DNA of 64,000 bases from Polyangiales bacterium. Its GTDB lineage: Bacteria; Myxococcota_A; Polyangia; Polyangiales; Ga0077539. The notes below the pieces were generated by a model, which saw only the letters and a list, made by a program, of their open reading frames with translations, was not told the DNA's origin and did no database searches. Positions 48,327-59,400 of this stretch are shown piece after piece (the stretch's first letter is position 1; each line of letters starts with the position of its first letter). The stretch spans positions 204,781 through 268,780 of the forward strand of contig JBGARZ010000013.1 of assembly GCA_044229975.1 (NCBI GenBank). The letters run 5' to 3'. The position numbers and the translations under genes are program-made.

Positions 48327-49661
48327 GGGCGTCGCAGTTTTCTCGTCGGGGTGCTGGTGCGTTCAGTGCGCTCCGTCGCCCCGCACGGCCTTCGGCGCGC
48401 AGAGGATCTCCACGAACCACGCTTCCAAGCCCGCGAGACGCTGGACCTGCGCCTCGACTTTCGCCATCGCCGCACGCGTGAGCGAGATCCCCTTGGCGTA
48501 CGTCGTGGTGACCAGTTGCACGACGGGCGCGACCCCTTTCCAGGTCATGGTCTGAGCGAAGTTCACGACCGTCTCCACGGTGTCCAAGATGCTCCCATTC
48601 CAGTGCTGTTCGAGGACGCCCCAGCAGCGCTCCACGGGGTTGTACTTGCTGTGGTACGGCGGGTAGTAGGCGAGGCGTACGTTGATCCGATGGGCCTGCG
48701 CAAAGGCCACGATCCGCGACAGAAACTGTGTGCGACGGCTCTGGTTTTCGGGCCCGTTGTCCTGAAGCAAAAGGAGCGTATCGACCTCCGGAAAGCGCGC
48801 CCGGTGAGCGCACCACCACGCCTCGATCCGATCGACGATGAAGTCCGCCGTGACGGGCCCCGTCGCCAGAGACACCGTCAGCTCGTTGTGGGCTGTGAGC
48901 AGGATGCCGTACGGCGTCACCTTCGCCTCGGCCCCGTGGTCGTGATCGAGCGCAAACACCAGCACGCGACTGACGCCGTACCGAGAGAACTCCCCCACCT
49001 TGATGACGGCCTTGGCGTCCATCGACAGTTCCAGCACGTTGGGCGAACGCGCGGCCGTCGCCCGCTCACGACTCATCTGTTCGAAGATGGCGTCCGTCGC
49101 GGCGACCTTTTTTTCGGCTTGGTCTTGGCCACGGCGCGCAGCCCATATCCCAGGTCGTTGAGCTTGACGCGGATCGTCTCCTCACACGGCAACTCCTCGT
49201 CCGTGTACCCCTTCTGCGCGATGAGTTGCCGACGGACTTCGGCCGACGTGATGCGTGTGTAGAGCCGCTGCGTTTGAAAGCGCGGATCGGTCTGACTCTG
49301 ACCATCGACGAGGTCGCGCAGATCCCGCATCAGGTTCGGCAGTCGCGATTGCGCCGTCGGACGTCCGCCGCCGGAGCGACCGTCGAGGCACTCGATCCCG
49401 GAGCGCAGCTCGTTCTTGCCTTTGCGCAACGTCCGCTCGTCCCAGTCGAGCGCGCGAACGGCTCGGTTCATCACGCCGTCGAACAGGTCGCGCACCGTCC
49501 GCGCCATGAACCGCCGACGTTCGCTGCCCTTCAAGGCGGCGGCCGTCTCCTTCAACACCTTCGTCACGTTGGTCGCGAGTTGCATGCCCGACTGCCTGGG
49601 AGCTCTGGCGAGCGCTGGACACCCTACGCCCGTTCAGCCCGAGCACTTTGCTGCGGCGCCC
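48327..49661 (-). mobile_element. ISAzo13-family insertion sequence, 1335 bp
   Basis: Terminal inverted repeats GGGCG(T/C)CGCAG; TTA duplicated at 48324-48326 and 49662-49664. Confidence 0.92.
48363..49585 (-). CDS. ISAzo13-family DDE transposase in two ORFs joined by a -1 frameshift
   Basis: SQTDPRF, SMDAKA, DNGPEN, YYPPYHSKYNPVERCW; A7 run at 49108-49114 gives KPKK-VAATDAIF after -1 slip. Confidence 0.9.
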
Positions 49662-50709
49662 TTATAGATCTGGTCGTCGAGGTCGTCGCGATCGGTGATC
49701 ACCACGAAGGTCCAGTTGCCCGGCACCTTCCGCAGCGCCTTCTGCGAGAAGAACACCATCGAGTAGCTCTTGCCCGAGCCCTGCGTGTGCCAGAAGACGC
49801 CGAGGGGCGTACCCTTGGACGGCGCCCCCACTCGGCGCGACGGGGCTTGGGTCTTCGATCGGCGTAGCGCCTCGACGGCGTTGTTCACGCCGAGGAACTG
49901 GTGGTTCTGCGCGACGATCTTCGCGAGGCCGCCGGGCACCTCCACGAAGAGCGTGAAGTTCTCGATCAGGTCGAGCATCCGCGCCGGGTCGCAGACGGCG
50001 CGCAGGAGGGTCGCCTGCCCGGGTGCCGGTGGCTCATCCTCGCGGGCGACGCGCTTCCAGGGCTTGAAGTGCTCCCAGCCGCTGGTGAGCGTTCCCAGGC
50101 GCGCATCGCTCCCCTGCGCGAACATCACGAGCGCGTTGAAGAGGAAGAGGCGCGGGATGGTCACGCGGTAGTCGGTGAAGTTCTCGTCGAAGGCCGCGCG
50201 CAGCGGGACGTCGGGAGACTTGAGCTCTACGAAGAGCAGCGGCAGACCGTTGACGAAGCCCACGAGGTCCGCCCGGCGGGTGTACACGTCGCCCCGCAGC
50301 TCGAACTCGCGCACGGCCACGTAGCTGTTGCGCGCAGGCGTGTCCCAGTCGATCACGCGCACCCGCACCGTTTCGGTGCCGCTGTCGTCGGTCTTCACCT
50401 CCACCGGCACGCCGTCGCGCAGGAGCGCGTAGAGTTCCTGGTTGGCGCGTTCGAGCGAGAGTGCGCTGCGGTCGCGCAGGAGCTCGTTGAGCGCGGCCTC
50501 ACGCGCCCCTGCGGGGACCGTGGGGTTCAGCACCTCGACCGCCTCGCGCAGTCGTCGCGGGAGCACGTGCTCGGTGTTGCTGCCCCGGCCGTAGGTCGAC
50601 ACCGCCCCACCGAAGGTCTCCTTGAAGCCGTTGTCGACGGTCCAGTGGAGCGCTTCGAGCTGCCCTTGGAAGACTGTGGCGACCGCCTGCTCCTTAAGGT
50701 TCGCGGAGG

Positions 50710-51945
50710 TCATGCGAGTTCCTTCTTGCGACGCCCGTGACGCGGCGAGTTGGCGGATGGCAAGTCGGGTGGTGTGTCGTCAACGGCCTCAGGGGGCGGC
50801 AGCGGCAACCGCGAGACGTCAACCTCGCCCGATAGCAACTTGGGAAGGAGAAACCCGCGTAGCTTTCGGAGGGTCGCATTGCGAGTCCCAAGGGACTGCA
50901 ATAGGGCGATGCAGGGTTCCAAGATCTCGTTGAGTGCGAGACGCTCGCTCTCGGTGCCGAGCGGAACTGCATACGTTGCCATGTCTTCCCACCGCGCACG
51001 CGGCATCTTCGACCCATTCGCTTTATTGCTGATTTCGGCAACGAAGTCATCGCTCGACGCGCACATCAACACGGCCAAGCGATCTAGCGCGCTGCGCGCG
51101 CGCATTACAATCGCGTCCGCAGAGGTTACGCCATCGAAAGCTACCGGGCCGACTTTGTGAAAGTAGGGCCGGATCTTCCCAAACAGGAGATCGCCAGCTT
51201 CGAACGGAATCTTCGAACTCACCACGTCCCGCGTGTATCCATGATCGGAGAGGTCGAACGATCGCCGGGGAATGTGTTCCAACCCGATATAGCGCGTATC
51301 GCTGTCGATTTCGGCAGGACTGACCTGCATCCGCACAAGATGCACGAGATCACCCAAAGGAGCCGTGACACGTCTTGCGTCGCGGGCCCATCGCGACCAA
51401 TAGAGACGTGCCACATCTTCAGACATATGAACGCGGCGAAGATTGTTCTCAATGAGGCGCGAGATCCCATCGAGGAAGCCTGCGACGCGCCGCTGTGTTG
51501 GGAGATCTGGCACTCTGAGCGGAACCCGACGGAGTTCGCTCTGTTTGATGCCAGCCACCGTTGTGCCGGTAGCGCGTTTGCGTAGTTCGCCCTGAACCTG
51601 CGGACCCTGGAGCAGGTGATAGAGATATGAGGGATCGATTACGGAGGACTTCGCTCGAAGCAGGATCACGCGTTGGGCAAGCGCCACCCTCGGATCGTCG
51701 ACGCGAGCTACCTGTCCCAGTGGCGCTTCGGTCGTGATGAGAACGTCTCGTTCGCGCGGAAGTCCACGACGCATCCACGTGTCGTAGTCATCTTCTGCAA
51801 TGTACTCATTTTCCGCCTGAAGAACGAAGCCGTCTTTGATGACTTTGGCTGTCACGAGCAGCACGCCGGCATTCGACTTCTCGGGCGTCTTGCCTCGATA
51901 GTCAATCAGCACTTCAACAGCCTCTTCGAGTTCAACCGTCCGCAT
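50710..51945 (-). CDS. hsdS: Type I R-M specificity subunit S
   Basis: DYRGKTP, VPDLPTQRRVA..L, GDLLFGKIRPYF, LRKLRGFLLPKLLSGEV; two-TRD layout. Confidence 0.93.
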   Translation of the reverse strand: MRTVELEEAVEVLIDYRGKTPEKSNAGVLLVTAKVIKDGFVLQAENEYIAEDDYDTWMRRGLPRERDVLITTEAPLGQVARVDDPRVALAQRVILLRAKSSVIDPSYLYHLLQGPQVQGELRKRATGTTVAGIKQSELRRVPLRVPDLPTQRRVAGFLDGISRLIENNLRRVHMSEDVARLYWSRWARDARRVTAPLGDLVHLVRMQVSPAEIDSDTRYIGLEHIPRRSFDLSDHGYTRDVVSSKIPFEAGDLLFGKIRPYFHKVGPVAFDGVTSADAIVMRARSALDRLAVLMCASSDDFVAEISNKANGSKMPRARWEDMATYAVPLGTESERLALNEILEPCIALLQSLGTRNATLRKLRGFLLPKLLSGEVDVSRLPLPPPEAVDDTPPDLPSANSPRHGRRKKELA

Positions 51946-53491
51946 GAGTCGGCTCCAGAAGAAGACGCATCGCCTCACTCACGGTCGCTTCCTGTACATG
52001 AGCCTCCGCCGTAAGGGTCTCGAACTCCTCTTGCAACTCCATCAACCGTTCCTCGAAGTCGACCTCGTCGGCGTCGGTCTTCGCGCCTACGCCCACGTAG
52101 CGGCCAGGATTGAGGCTCCAGCGGTTCTCCTCAATGACCTTGCGCGAGACCTTCTTGCAGAGTCCTTCCACGTCGCTGTACGCCGTGCCTATACGCTCCC
52201 TTGTCAACGCCAACCCGCCATGCCGGTTCTCGACCCCCTTACCTCTCCACAACCTCACAATGTTCGCCAGAAACTCCACTTGCGCGGGGGTAATGTTTCG
52301 ATGCGCTCGGTCCACCTGTTCGAAGACCTCACGGGCGTCAATGAATAGCACTTCGTCGGCGCGTGGCCCCTTTGCTTTTGCCCGATCGAAGAACCATAGC
52401 GTTACCGGCAGCGTGACCGTATAAAAGAGGTTGGTCGAGAGCGAGACGATCACGTCCACGGCGCCGCTCTTCACGAGATCGCGACGCACTTCGAGGTCGC
52501 GACCACCCGCGTCGCTGGCGCTGTTGGCCATGACAAAGCCTGCGCGACCGCCTGGGTTGAGGGCACTATAGAAGCGCTGGATCCACAGGTAGTTGGCCTT
52601 ATCGCCCGATGTCATGCCCCAGGGGTAGTGGACGCGGTCGTCCTTCAAGCGCGCCTTATCGACGCCCTTGAGGTTGAAGGGCGGGTTTGACATCACGAAG
52701 TCGAAGCCCTCCTTCACGTCCTTCTCAACCGGGAACTCGTAGAGCGAGGAGACTACCTGGCGGATGGACCCCTGAAGCCCGTGAATGGCGAGGTTCATTC
52801 GGCAGAGCTGGATGGTCTGGGCCATCTTCTCCTGGCCGAACACGCTGAGCCCCTTGCCCTTGTGTTCAGCCACGAAGCGCGCGCTCTGCACAAACATCCC
52901 GCCTGAGCCGCACGCGGGGTCGAAGATGCGCCCCTCAAAGGGTTCGAGGATCTCGACGATGAGCCGCACCACTGAGAACGGTGTGAAGTACTCGCCGCCC
53001 TTCTCCAGGGTGTTCGGCGCGAGGGCGCCCAGGAAGTACTCGTAGACCCGGCCGTAGACGTCCCCCTCGGGCGACTCTTCGAGCACGTTGAAAGCCTTGA
53101 GCAGGTCGCGCAGGATCTTCTTGTCGATCTTCGCGTAGTCCTTCGGGAGCACGCCCTTGAGGGCGTCGTTGTCTTCCTCGATGGCGCGCATCGCGTCGTT
53201 GAGGACCTTCCCCAGCTCGGCGCCGTCGGGGAGGTCCAGGAGCGCGCCCCAACGGTGCTCGGGGCGGAGGTACACGGCCCCTTCGGCGCGGTAGTCCTCG
53301 GGCTCGGGGGCGCCACGCCGACGACCCGCCTTGAGCTTCGCGTGGGCCTTCGCGAACCCCTCGTCGGCGTACTTCAAGAACAACAGCGCGAGCACCGGGA
53401 GCTGGTACTCCGTCGGCTTGAGCGCGGTGCCGGCCCATAGGGCGTTGGCGGCCTTCCAGAGCGTCGACTCGAAATCCTTGGGCAGGGGCAT
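51932..53491 (-). CDS. hsdM: Type I R-M methyltransferase subunit M (m6A)
   Basis: LWKAANAL, GEYFTP, FDPACGSGG, NPPF, SLNPGRYVG. Confidence 0.96.
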   Translation of the reverse strand: MPLPKDFESTLWKAANALWAGTALKPTEYQLPVLALLFLKYADEGFAKAHAKLKAGRRRGAPEPEDYRAEGAVYLRPEHRWGALLDLPDGAELGKVLNDAMRAIEEDNDALKGVLPKDYAKIDKKILRDLLKAFNVLEESPEGDVYGRVYEYFLGALAPNTLEKGGEYFTPFSVVRLIVEILEPFEGRIFDPACGSGGMFVQSARFVAEHKGKGLSVFGQEKMAQTIQLCRMNLAIHGLQGSIRQVVSSLYEFPVEKDVKEGFDFVMSNPPFNLKGVDKARLKDDRVHYPWGMTSGDKANYLWIQRFYSALNPGGRAGFVMANSASDAGGRDLEVRRDLVKSGAVDVIVSLSTNLFYTVTLPVTLWFFDRAKAKGPRADEVLFIDAREVFEQVDRAHRNITPAQVEFLANIVRLWRGKGVENRHGGLALTRERIGTAYSDVEGLCKKVSRKVIEENRWSLNPGRYVGVGAKTDADEVDFEERLMELQEEFETLTAEAHVQEATVSEAMRLLLEPTHADG

Positions 53492-53495
53492 GGGC

Positions 53496-56282
53496 TCAGT
53501 TCTCGGAGGAGCGGTGCGGGCAGAAGGAGCGGAAGTCGCAGTGGGTGCACTGGACGCCGGGGGTCGCGTCGAAGCGCCCGTCGCGCAGGTCGCTGGCGGC
53601 GGAGTTCAGTGCCTGGAGTGACCCCGCGACGGCCGCGTCGCCCAGATCAACCGGGTGGCGCGCGGTGCCCTTGGCGGCGGTGAGGTCGTGCAGGTACGCG
53701 GCGCGGACGGTGAGCCCCTCACGGCGCGCGGCTGCCGCGTAGACCTGGAGCTGCGCAGCCGCTTCGTCGTCCGCCTGCACGGGGCGGGTCTTGTAGTCGA
53801 GGATCGCGAGCTGGCCGACAACCCCACCCTCGCGATCGAGGATCACGTCAGCGCGCCCCTCGACGTCGGCGGACTCCAGGTGGAGAGCGAGCGGGCGCTC
53901 GACGGCCCAGTGGCGCGCGAGGTCATCGCGCCAGTCGGTGAAGCAGGTCTTCACCACCCGCCGTGCGCGTCGTTCGAGGGCGTCGTAGGCCGCCTGGTCG
54001 GCGTGCGGCAGGTAGAACTCCTCCGCGAGCAGGGCGTCGACCGCTTCAGGCACCGGGTCGGCCCCGCTGGCGCGCACGAGTTCCACCAGACGCCGCAGGA
54101 GGTGGTGCACCGCGCGCCCGTAGCCCGCCTCGCGTACCACCGGCGAGGCGAAGCCCAGCCGCGACGCGAGCCAGTAGCGGTGCGGGCAGGCGACGTAGGC
54201 AGCAAGCGCGCTGTAGGAGAGCGACGGCCGCTCGTCGGCCGCCTGCGGTGTGTGCGGGGCGGCGTCGGGCAGCGGCAGCGGATCATCGCTCACGGTGATC
54301 GAGCCCGGCAGCAAGCCCTGGAGGAGCGGCGAGGCCTTGACCTTGTCCCCGTCCTCGTCGCGCTGGTGAAGCGAGAGGTACAGGTGGTCCCGCGCGCGGG
54401 TGATCGCGACATAGAACAGCCGCCGCTCGTCGTCGTCGGAGCCCTCGTACCGCTCGGCCGGGAAGCGATCGCGCGGGAGGAGCCACGTCCCTCTCCGCCC
54501 GGTCATCTTCGAGGGGAAGACGTTGAGGTTGAGGCACGGCACGAACACCACCGGCCACTGGAGCCCCTTGGCGCCGTGCACGGTGCTAACGGTCACCGCC
54601 GGAGCGGCCGCGTCGAGGTCGCCGGCGAAGTCCTCGTAGGCGGACTGCGCGTAGAACGAGAGGTAGTCGCTGAGGGCGCGCAGGAAGGCCGGGCCCCCGG
54701 CGTGTCCCGCACCGAAGGAGACCACGCCGTCGGTGGCCTGCGTCCACGCGCGGCGCGTGACGGACTCGAAGTCGGCCAGGATCTGGCTGAAGCGGGCGAG
54801 CACACCGAGCCGGTCGGTGGCTTCACCGCCCGCCCAGGTCGACGCACCGAGCGAGGCGAGCAGGCGGTAGAAGTGCCCCACGAGGTCGGCGGCCCCCTCG
54901 TGGGGGAGCCGCGTGCGGAGGCTCAGCAGGTCGGCGCGCAGCCGCTGGCTCTCCTCCGCCGAGCGCCCGAAGGCGGACGCGAGCCGCCCGAGGAGTTCGT
55001 CGAGGGCGATGGACACCTCGCGGCGGGCGCGCGCCCGGTAGAAGGTGTCGCGGCCACAGAGCCACGCGAAGAGGTCCCCCAGCACCTCGGCCTCCGGCTG
55101 GAGGAACAGGCCCTCTCGCCCGGAGCAGCGCCACGGGATCGACGCCTCCGTGAGGGCGGCCAGGAAGGGGGCGGCGTCGTTCTTCGTCGAGCGGAGGAGG
55201 ATCGCCACGTCCGCCGGACTCGCGCCGCGATCGAGCAGCGCGCGGATCGCCTTGGCCACGCGGGCCGCCTCGTGCGCCGGGTCGCGCGCGCCCGAGAGGT
55301 GCACCGCGTGGGGGCCGTCGCCCCGCGCAGCGGTGATGACCTTGGGCAGTCGCCCGCCGATGGTCTCGGCGAAGCGACCCGCGAGGGCGACGATGGGCGC
55401 CACCGAGCGGCGGTTGACGCCGAGGGTCTCGCGCACGGCGCCCGTCTCCTGCTGGAACGTCTGGAGGTAGGCCACCGACGACCCGCGCCACTGGTAGATG
55501 GCCTGGTCGTCGTCGCCCACCACGCAGAGCGAGACGGGGCCGCTGCCGAGCCGTCGGATGAGGCGCGCCTGGGCGGGGTTGATGTCCTGGAACTCGTCGA
55601 CCACCAGGTGGCGTAGCTGCGCGTGCACGGCGGCGAGCACCGGGTCGCGCCCGAGCTCGCGGAGGGCCAGCGCGACGCACTGGGCGTGGGTGAGCACGTG
55701 GTAGCGGTCGAGCAGCGCCAGGTACCGCTCGTAGATCTCGCGGAACGTGCCCGGCGGGAGGTCTTCTAGTGAGAGGCCCTCGTTCTCCACCACGTCGATG
55801 CTGCGCAGGAAGGAGCGCACGGCCTGGACCCTGAGCTTCTGGCCGAGCGCGTCGAGTCCGAGCGCGTCGTACTCCCGGAGCAGGAGGCCGATCACGCGGT
55901 GGGCGTCGTACAGGTCGAAGGTCGCGAAGCGCGGCGCGTGGTCTTGCAGGAAGCGCATGCACCAGGCGTGGATGGTGCCGACGAACATGGGCGCGAGGCG
56001 TTCGAGTGCGAACCCCGGCATGCGCTCAGCGGCGCGGCGCAGGATGCGGGCGCGCAGCTCGGCGGCGGCGGCGCGGGTGAAGGTGAACGCGAGGATGCCG
56101 ACGGGCGCGACGCCGTCGGAGAGCAGCACCGCGACCCGCTGCGCCACCGTCTCGGTCTTGCCCGAACCCGCGCAGGCGACGACCTGGAGGTGACCTCCCC
56201 GGTGCTCGATGATCGCGCGCTGCTCGGCCGAGTAGGCGACGGTGGGGGTGCCAGGTGTCTGTGGTGTCCCGGCGTCGTCCAT
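53496..56282 (-). CDS. UvrD/Rep SF1A helicase fused to a C-terminal PD-(D/E)xK nuclease with a Cys cluster
   Basis: ACAGSGKT, VDEFQD, GDDDQAIYQWRG, TVHGAKGLQW, ERRLFYVAITRA; ACP...GRAD...ILDYKT...CTHCDFRSFC. Confidence 0.92.
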   Translation of the reverse strand: MDDAGTPQTPGTPTVAYSAEQRAIIEHRGGHLQVVACAGSGKTETVAQRVAVLLSDGVAPVGILAFTFTRAAAAELRARILRRAAERMPGFALERLAPMFVGTIHAWCMRFLQDHAPRFATFDLYDAHRVIGLLLREYDALGLDALGQKLRVQAVRSFLRSIDVVENEGLSLEDLPPGTFREIYERYLALLDRYHVLTHAQCVALALRELGRDPVLAAVHAQLRHLVVDEFQDINPAQARLIRRLGSGPVSLCVVGDDDQAIYQWRGSSVAYLQTFQQETGAVRETLGVNRRSVAPIVALAGRFAETIGGRLPKVITAARGDGPHAVHLSGARDPAHEAARVAKAIRALLDRGASPADVAILLRSTKNDAAPFLAALTEASIPWRCSGREGLFLQPEAEVLGDLFAWLCGRDTFYRARARREVSIALDELLGRLASAFGRSAEESQRLRADLLSLRTRLPHEGAADLVGHFYRLLASLGASTWAGGEATDRLGVLARFSQILADFESVTRRAWTQATDGVVSFGAGHAGGPAFLRALSDYLSFYAQSAYEDFAGDLDAAAPAVTVSTVHGAKGLQWPVVFVPCLNLNVFPSKMTGRRGTWLLPRDRFPAERYEGSDDDERRLFYVAITRARDHLYLSLHQRDEDGDKVKASPLLQGLLPGSITVSDDPLPLPDAAPHTPQAADERPSLSYSALAAYVACPHRYWLASRLGFASPVVREAGYGRAVHHLLRRLVELVRASGADPVPEAVDALLAEEFYLPHADQAAYDALERRARRVVKTCFTDWRDDLARHWAVERPLALHLESADVEGRADVILDREGGVVGQLAILDYKTRPVQADDEAAAQLQVYAAAARREGLTVRAAYLHDLTAAKGTARHPVDLGDAAVAGSLQALNSAASDLRDGRFDATPGVQCTHCDFRSFCPHRSSEN

Positions 56283-56491
56283 CGTCCCCTCCATCCCGTG
56301 CTCCTGCGCGATCGAGCCGGCCTGCGGCGTGCCGAGGATCGCCGCGCGATCATCGACCCGTCAACGACCATCGACGCGAGCGGACCGGGCCCAGCGCACC
56401 CTTCGCCGGTCGGCACCGATCGCTGAGCCACCCGGAGACGATCCCTCTCGATCCTTCCAATTTCCGATCGCTAAGGCCGATACTTTGCGCG

Positions 56492-59400
56492 ATGACATCC
56501 GACCAGGACCTGAAGTTGCGCGGAAAGCATCCGGGCCCGGATGAGGTGCGCGCGGCCGTCACCGGAATACTTGCGGCCGTCGCCGCCACGCGAGAGCTCG
56601 ACCAGGCGAACGAGGCGACGACGAGAGTCGGGTTGGTCGACAAGCTGCTGGACGCGATGGGTTGGCCCTTTGGCGAAATCAAGCGCGAGCAACCGTCTGG
56701 AACGGGCCTTTTCCTGGACTACGAGTTGCGGGTCCGCGGAGAGCCTTGGATGGTCGTTGAGGCGAAGCGTACCGAGAGAACCTTTCGCTTGGCGCGCCCC
56801 ACCGCATCGGGGCGCGCGACGCCGCTGAGAAGCCTCCAGAGCCTCCTCACCTCCGGCGGGCAACCCCTACGCGAGGTTTTGAATCAAGCCGCCGGATACT
56901 GCAACGATCGTGGCATCCCCCTCGCGGCGGTGACAAACGGCACGCAGTGGGTGTTCTTCAGGGGCCTATCCGCCCGACATCGCCAGTGGATGGACGGCGT
57001 TGCGATCGCGTTCGACCGCGCCGATTTAGTCGAGGCATCCGGTGAGTTCTTCGGGTGCCTTTCCAGAAGCTGCGCTGGAACTCCCTATCTCCCCGACCTC
57101 CTCGACCGGGTCACGCATGTGGACCCACCTGCCGCGCATGTTCCCCGCGACCACATCGAACTCCGACGACCGACGATCGACCCCCACACCGCCGCCGTCC
57201 TCGGCTCCGTCTGCGACTACCTGCTCGCCGACATCTACGGGTCCAACCGTCAAGCGATGCTGAAGCAGTGCTACATCGAGCCGGGCGTCAAGGGGGAGTT
57301 CGAGCGCAGCATCGAGCGCCTCCTGCGAGACACCGCCAATCCGATCACGCTGCTCGATAGCCAAAGGGACGATGGCCCCAAGCGAGCGGCCGACGATCGA
57401 AAGGGCGAGGAATCGAATCTGCTCGACGGCGACAGTCGCGACTTTGTCGAGCACGTCACCCTCCTCGACCGAACGACCGAGATTCAAAACCCCGTCGTCG
57501 TCGTCGGTCACGTCGGAGCCGGCAAGACCACCTTCCTGCATCGCTCGCTATCTCACTTCGAGCCGAACAAGGGGGCCAAAGGCAACAACGAGGCCTTCTA
57601 CGCTCTCGTCGACTTGGAGGGCCACGGCGAGGGAGGCGCCGTGGAGGCCAATCAGGAGGAGCAAAAGGTCGCGGAGGACATTCTGCGAGGGCTAAAGTAC
57701 TCCGCGCAGGAGGCCGTGCGCAGCCGTAAGGCAGGCCGCTCCGACGCTGGTGAGACCAACCTCGAACGGCTTCTCGAACGCACCGACCCCTACTCCCTCG
57801 CGACACTCCAAAGCCTCTTCGGCGGGCGTCTGAAGAACGATAGGAAACTGGGGGAGAAGGTGTGGGCGAAGGACCCCGGCGCGTGGGATCGCAAGGAGTA
57901 CGAGATCCTTTCTGAGGCCAAGAAGGATGCTGTCGATCTGCTTGTGCGCTTCGTCAAGCACCTCCGGGAGCACTTCCACCGCGCCGACAAACGAAGGTAC
58001 CCCGTCCTGATCGTACTGGACAACCTGGACCAGGCGACGGACGACTACCAACGCTGTATCTACGGGCTGGCGCGCCAGTTGGCGCGTCGAACCCACGCCA
58101 TCATCGTCGTGTGTCTTCGCGAGGACACGTACAATTCGGGGTTGGGACCCAACGGCTTTCTTGCCTCAAGCAACCTCCAGTTCGTGTTTCACGTGAAGGC
58201 GCCTCCGCTCGACCATGTCGTTCGGCAGCGGGCGAAATTCGGGAAGCAAGCCGTCGAGTCGGGCAAGCTCCCCACGGCCCTCGCGGTCGAGTCCGACGCA
58301 TTGATCGGCGTGTGTGACCTTCTCGGGGACGTGTTCTTGACGCCCAAATCGGAAGCGATCGAGTTGGCGTCATCCGTTTCTGGTCACAACATCCGCGAAG
58401 CCCTCGGGATCGTTCGATCGGTGGTCGCCGGCCGCCCCTCCATCGCCGGTGAGGCCAAGAGCAGTGCCGCATTCGCGCTCGATTGCATTCTCGCCACGCG
58501 CAGCCAAGAGTCCGTCCGGAATCTGCTGGGCCCCGGCAACTGCCTGGACGCGGACCCATGGAACCCTCCATGTCACGCCCTGCGTGTCCGGATGCTGGCA
58601 TACCTATCGTGGTCCTTCGAATCGAACAACGATCGCGTTCTGCACGAGATGACGGACCTGATTCTGGCGCGCTTCTCGTCGTGGGGATACCCGCTCGGGC
58701 TTGTGAAAATGGCCGTGGCCTCTCTGCTCGCGGCCCGGTTGATCCGTCCCCGCACCAAGGCGGATTTCTCCCCACTCCGAGCCCCCTACACGTTGCCTCA
58801 GGGGCTGTCACTCACCGCATCGGGCAGGGTGCACCTCACCCGGCTCGTGAACCTCCCCGTGTACCGGGCGGCCACCGCCCTGAGGGTCAGGTGGTACGAC
58901 AAGGAATTCTTTACGGAGTTCGTGCGTGCCGCCCAGGCCGCTGGCGGGGATGAGGGTCCCAGTGTCGCGGACATCGCCGCGTCGAAGGCCCTCGACATCT
59001 TTGACTCCTACCTTGCCGTCGCGGTCGGACGCGAGGACGGGTACCTAGGTTTGAGCGCAGCCAAGCCGCAGTGGCTTTCGGAAGTGATATCCCGATCGGC
59101 GCAGGTGCTGCCATCCACGGATCTTCTGCAAGCGAAGGCCACGATCGTTCCCCCTCCCCGCCCCTCACGCCGTGCGAAGTCCAAAGACGTCGACAAGCAA
59201 CTCCCGCTCTTCGAGGAGACTGGACAGCCCCCGTCGTCATTAGGGAAGCTCCTGGCAGACGCCTCCTTTGGAGGCGACCCCTGGGTCGTCAGGGTCTTGT
59301 GGGCGCTTGAGTGGGGACGAGAGCGCGGCACACCGGCCATGTTGGAATCTGACATCTGGCGAACGCTCAACGAGCACACTTCGCTGCGATTCGAGCAGGC

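Larger units (their letters stand above)
46118..50713 (-). pseudogene. hsdR: Type I restriction subunit R interrupted by an IS
   Basis: N-part: RADLVGFVNGLPL..ELK, WHTQGSGKS, DRDDLDDQIYK; C-part: TFVSAG, DEAHRSQY, FTGTP, TGFD, QTIARANR; removing the IS restores QIYKTF. Confidence 0.95.

Noticed and set aside
45704..48481. 925-aa plus-strand ORF and similar long antisense ORFs (3878-5848, 5610-7439, 24474-26312, 53655-55616)
   Set aside because: These are shadow frames opposite well-supported genes, expected in high-GC DNA, and have no motifs
53496..54250. cas4 gene
   Set aside because: The Cas4/AddB-like domain is the C-terminus of a UvrD fusion, with no cas1, cas2 or array nearby
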